DNA from: a virus
Length of the DNA stretch: 64,000 bases
Virus record (IMG/VR): IMGVR_UViG_3300017963_000014
Location: 37,797-101,796 of that record
Strand: one strand, 5' to 3'
Part shown: one piece after another, positions 60,796-64,000 of the stretch
How the letters are laid out: every line of letters begins with the position of its first letter
Numbering within the stretch: the stretch's first letter is position 1
Made by a program: the position numbers and the translations under genes
Notes under the pieces: model-generated
What the model saw: the letters and a program-made list of their open reading frames with translations, nothing else
The model's database searches: none
What the model was told of the DNA's origin: nothing

Positions 60796-61634
60796 CTCTC
60801 CCTCCGATCGCGCGCGAGCCGCCGGGCGATCGCCCGGACCTGCGCGGGGTCGCGCTCGACGCAGACGCAGCGACGGCGGTTCCGGTCCGCCGCGACGAGC
60901 GTGGTCCCGGTCCCACCGAAGGGGTCGAGGACGAGCCCGCCCTCCGGGCAGCCCGCGCGGACGAAGGCCTCGACGAGGTCGAGCGGCTTCTGCGCGCGGT
61001 TCAGCGGCTTCCCGTCCGGCTTCTTTACCCTCTCCTTACTCGAGAGGACCGCGCGCTCGACCCAGCTCGGGGAGACCGCCGGAGCCGTCTCCCCGTCGGG
61101 GTAGAGGACGCAGTAGTTCCGCTGCCTCGGGAACTCCCCGAGCTCGAAGTACGCCCCGGGGGTCGAGGCGAAGGCGAGGAACTCGCAGGCGGAGACGAAG
61201 CAGCGCCTCCGGACCGACTGCGGGGGGTTCGGCTTCGCCCAGACGTAGGACGGGTAAACGCGGAACCCCGCGCGGTAGAACTTCCACTTCAGGGTCGAGA
61301 GCCACCAGTCGGAGGTCCAGACCCAGGCGTTCCCGGTCGGTACTAACTTGGCAGCCGCGAGGACGGTCGCGCGGAGGAGGCGAATCATCTCGACGGGGGA
61401 GACCCGGTCCCAGACCTCGTCGAACTCGAGCGCCGTCCGCCCGGCGAGCGGGATCGTGTTCGCGTTCGCGACCGCGTACGGGGGGTCGGTTAGGATTAGG
61501 TCGACCGGTCCGCCCGCCTGCTTCACGAGTTCCCGGAGGAACGCGAGGTCGCGAGCGTCGCCGCATGCTAGGACGTGCCCCTCCGGGTAAACCCGGGCGT
61601 AACCGGGTTCGAACTGCTCGGCGAGTCGCTTCAT
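60792..61634 (-). CDS. DNA methyltransferase (N6-adenine/N4-cytosine, beta class)
   Basis: Start MKRLAEQF at 61634; LILTDPPY precedes QKPLDL...VLDPFGGTGTT. Confidence 0.9.
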   Translation of the reverse strand: MKRLAEQFEPGYARVYPEGHVLACGDARDLAFLRELVKQAGGPVDLILTDPPYAVANANTIPLAGRTALEFDEVWDRVSPVEMIRLLRATVLAAAKLVPTGNAWVWTSDWWLSTLKWKFYRAGFRVYPSYVWAKPNPPQSVRRRCFVSACEFLAFASTPGAYFELGEFPRQRNYCVLYPDGETAPAVSPSWVERAVLSSKERVKKPDGKPLNRAQKPLDLVEAFVRAGCPEGGLVLDPFGGTGTTLVAADRNRRRCVCVERDPAQVRAIARRLARDRRER

Positions 61635-63847
61635 TCGTTCCACGCTCCGCTCCGGTCCTCGGCCTCCCAGCGGTGGACGACGACCGCGTTCCCGAACTCC
61701 CGCCGCGCGTCCGCGTGCGTGACGAGGAGGACCTGCCGAACCCCCGCCGCCTCGACCCCGCGCCGGAGGAGCGCGTGGAGCGCCTCCCGGTTCGGTCCGT
61801 CGAGCGCGCCGTCGGGCTCGTCGACGAGGAGGTGCTCGCACCGGACCGCCCGCGTCGCCCCCGGGAGCGAGAGGAGCCCGAGCCGGACCCCGAGCGAGAG
61901 GAGGACCTTCCCCCCGCCGGAGTCGAGCTCGAACGAGCTAGCGTTCCCCCCGTCCTCGACCTCGAGCCGGAGTTCATCGCGGCGGCGTCGACGGCGGGGG
62001 GCGCCGCAGAGCCGGCAGAGGTGAGTCCGCTCCCCCTTCTCGAACGTCGTCCCGCAGCCGAGGCAGGCGGGCTCCCAGTCCTTCAGCTCGCGGGTCGGGG
62101 CGAAGCGGAGCCGGAGCGGGGTCCGGAGGTCCTCGAGGGCGCGGTTCATCGCGTCCTCGGCGAGGCCGAAGGCGTTCTCTAGCTCTCGCGACGGGATCCC
62201 GGCGGCGCCGAAGGCGTAGGCGGCCCAGGCGAGGTTCTCGATCTTTCCCTTAAGCAACTCCCGGTCGGAGCGGATCCTAACGAGCTCCCGCTCCCCCTTC
62301 TCGAACCCCGCGACCTCCGCCTTCGCCGCCGCGAGCCGCCCCTCCGCCTCCGTCTTCCCCTCCTCCGCGAGCGCGAGCGCCTCCGCCGCCTCCGCGAGCG
62401 CCTCCTCCGGGTCCGCGCCCACGTCCGCGGGGAGTTCCTCTAACTTCTTCCGGGCGCGGGCGAGCGCCTTCCCCGCCTCCGTCCGCCCGAGCTTCGATCG
62501 CTCGAGCGCGCGCTCGGCCCTAGCCTTCCCCGCCTTCGCGCGCTCCAGCTCCCGAAGCGCCTCCTCGACCCCGACCGCGTCCCGGAGTTCCTGGATCCCC
62601 TCGATCTCCTCCCTAGCGAGGTCGACGTCCGAGCGCGCGTTGTTCAGCGCGAACTCCGCCTCCTCGACCTCGCGCTCGAGCCGGAGCGCCGCCCGACGGT
62701 GCCCGAGCCCCCGGGTCTTCATCTCCTCGAGGACGCCCTCGTCCGGGACGACCCGGTCGCAGGGTTCCCCGAGGACGGGGCAGGCGCCGGTCCGGGAGGC
62801 CTTCAGCTCCCGGAACTTCTCGAGCAGCTCCGCGCGCGCCCGCGTCTCCCTCCGGAGCTCGCCGCGGAGCTCCGCGACCTTCCCCGCGAACTCCCCGACC
62901 GCGCCGAAGAGCTCCGCGAGCGCGGCCTCCTTCGCCTCGAGGTCCCGGAGTCGGTCTCGACGCGCGACCGCTACCTCTACCTCCCGGTTCGCGTCCTCGA
63001 GTGCGAGCGCGGCTTCGTCGAGCGCTCCGCTACTTTCGATCCTCTCCCGCGTAACCTCCGCCTCGAGTCGCTCGACCTCCCGCTCTAGCTCCCGCCGCTC
63101 CCGCCGCCGCTCGACCTCGCGCTCGAGGCGGGCCTTCGTCTCCTCACGCGCCCGGAACGCCTCCGAGACGCGGTCTCCCCAGATCTTCGCGTCCCGCTCG
63201 GCGAACCCGAGGCGGAGCTCCGCGTCCCCCCGCCCCTCGCGCACCCCGGCGAGCTCGAGCGCGCGGTCCTCGAGATTCGAGAGCTCGAGGCGGGCGCGGG
63301 CGAGTCGGGCGCGGGCGAGGTCGGAGCGGGGTACCCAGCGGTCCGTCTTGAACCAGGGCGAGACGAGCCGCCGCTTCTCCGCGGGCGAGAGCCGGAGGAA
63401 GCCGTGCATCTCGCCCTGCTCCGCGGCGGCCGTCAGGCGGTACTCCTCCTCCGAGAGTCCGAGGACCTCCTCGCGGACGACCCGCTTAAGGTCCTCGTCC
63501 GAGACGCGGGAGCCGTTCAGGAGCCGGATCGGGTCCCCGCCGGCGGTTCGCCCGCGGCGGATAAGCCAGTCCCGACCGTCGGAGGATACGTACTCCCCCT
63601 CGACGTAGGCCGACTCCCTACCCCGGGCCAGTCGGTGTGGGAGGTCGTCGACCCCCCGCCCCCGGAACGAGCCGAAGAGCGCGTAGAACTGCGCGTCCGC
63701 CGCGAGCCAGCTCTTCCCCGCGCGGTTACTCCGCTCCCCCGCCCCCTCGTACTCCGCGACGAAGACGTTCACGCCCTCGCGGAGCTCGACCTCCCAGTCC
63801 CCGAGGAACGGCCCGACGTTCGAGACCTCGATCCGCTTAACTATCAT
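61631..63847 (-). CDS. sbcC: SbcC/Rad50-like SMC ATPase
   Basis: Walker A SNRAGKS, Q-loop EQG, coiled coil, signature SGGGK, Walker B LLVDEPDGALD, H-loop LVTH. Confidence 0.9.
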   Translation of the reverse strand: MIVKRIEVSNVGPFLGDWEVELREGVNVFVAEYEGAGERSNRAGKSWLAADAQFYALFGSFRGRGVDDLPHRLARGRESAYVEGEYVSSDGRDWLIRRGRTAGGDPIRLLNGSRVSDEDLKRVVREEVLGLSEEEYRLTAAAEQGEMHGFLRLSPAEKRRLVSPWFKTDRWVPRSDLARARLARARLELSNLEDRALELAGVREGRGDAELRLGFAERDAKIWGDRVSEAFRAREETKARLEREVERRRERRELEREVERLEAEVTRERIESSGALDEAALALEDANREVEVAVARRDRLRDLEAKEAALAELFGAVGEFAGKVAELRGELRRETRARAELLEKFRELKASRTGACPVLGEPCDRVVPDEGVLEEMKTRGLGHRRAALRLEREVEEAEFALNNARSDVDLAREEIEGIQELRDAVGVEEALRELERAKAGKARAERALERSKLGRTEAGKALARARKKLEELPADVGADPEEALAEAAEALALAEEGKTEAEGRLAAAKAEVAGFEKGERELVRIRSDRELLKGKIENLAWAAYAFGAAGIPSRELENAFGLAEDAMNRALEDLRTPLRLRFAPTRELKDWEPACLGCGTTFEKGERTHLCRLCGAPRRRRRRDELRLEVEDGGNASSFELDSGGGKVLLSLGVRLGLLSLPGATRAVRCEHLLVDEPDGALDGPNREALHALLRRGVEAAGVRQVLLVTHADARREFGNAVVVHRWEAEDRSGAWNE

Positions 63848-64000
63848 ACGACCGCCCCCGCGTCCGCCTCGCGCGCAAGCTCGGCCGCGAACGAGACCTT
63901 CTCGCCCGCGTCCCGCGCCCGGGTCTCCGCGGCGAAGATCCGGAGGCTCTCCTCGAGCGGGACGTCCGCCGCGTGCCTCTCGTCCCGCTTGACCCGCTTC
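63844..64000 (-). CDS. C-terminus of probable SbcD/Mre11 nuclease (partial)
   Basis: Frame KRVKRDERHAADVPLEESLRIFA...AVV* is ATGA-coupled to sbcC; identity inferred from position. Confidence 0.5.
   Translation of the reverse strand, partial: KRVKRDERHAADVPLEESLRIFAAETRARDAGEKVSFAAELAREADAGAVV

Noticed and set aside
1-64000. Stop-codon reassignment (TAG is frequent)
   Set aside because: Conserved genes are full length under the standard code and end at TAG, TGA or TAA with tight coupling.
1-64000. Contractile injection system (eCIS/tailocin) or integrated prophage
   Set aside because: Capsid, portal and terminase are present, so it is a phage. No integrase, att site or host genes are visible, so lifestyle cannot be determined from this window.

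Overview
The whole window is part of a very GC-rich (about 70% by eye) tailed dsDNA phage genome with a contractile tail (myovirus morphotype). A peptidoglycan amidase indicates a bacterial host. No integrase, tRNA, rRNA or CRISPR array was recognised. Positions 1-29.3 kb hold a minus-strand morphogenesis operon: TerL, portal, gpF/gp7, XkdF-type protease-scaffold, major capsid protein, neck and appendage proteins, sheath, tube, a tail chaperone with a -1 frameshift, tape measure, LysM tube initiator, hub, spike, gp25 and a partial baseplate wedge. A probable TerS is transcribed divergently from TerL. Positions 30-36 kb hold a symmetric early module driven by four near-identical AT-rich promoter cassettes, two facing left and two facing right, around an Xis-like HTH gene. 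Each cassette appears to start a leaderless transcript whose first codons read (M)TTTKKT in frame with the downstream ORF. Positions 36-48 kb are an accessory region of shuffled domains. It includes a gene bracketed by a 30-bp direct repeat, a candidate origin, and stand-alone fragments resembling a terminase ATPase, a prohead protease, a radical-SAM N-terminus and a ubiquitin-like domain (possible anti-defence decoys). Positions 48-64 kb hold DNA and nucleotide metabolism genes (5'-3' exonuclease, dCMP deaminase, class II RNR, RuvC-like resolvase, DNA methyltransferase, SbcC and probably SbcD) plus an endolysin and an RlpA-like protein. CA/TG dinucleotides appear strongly depleted. All family assignments come from recognising motifs by eye; no searches were run.
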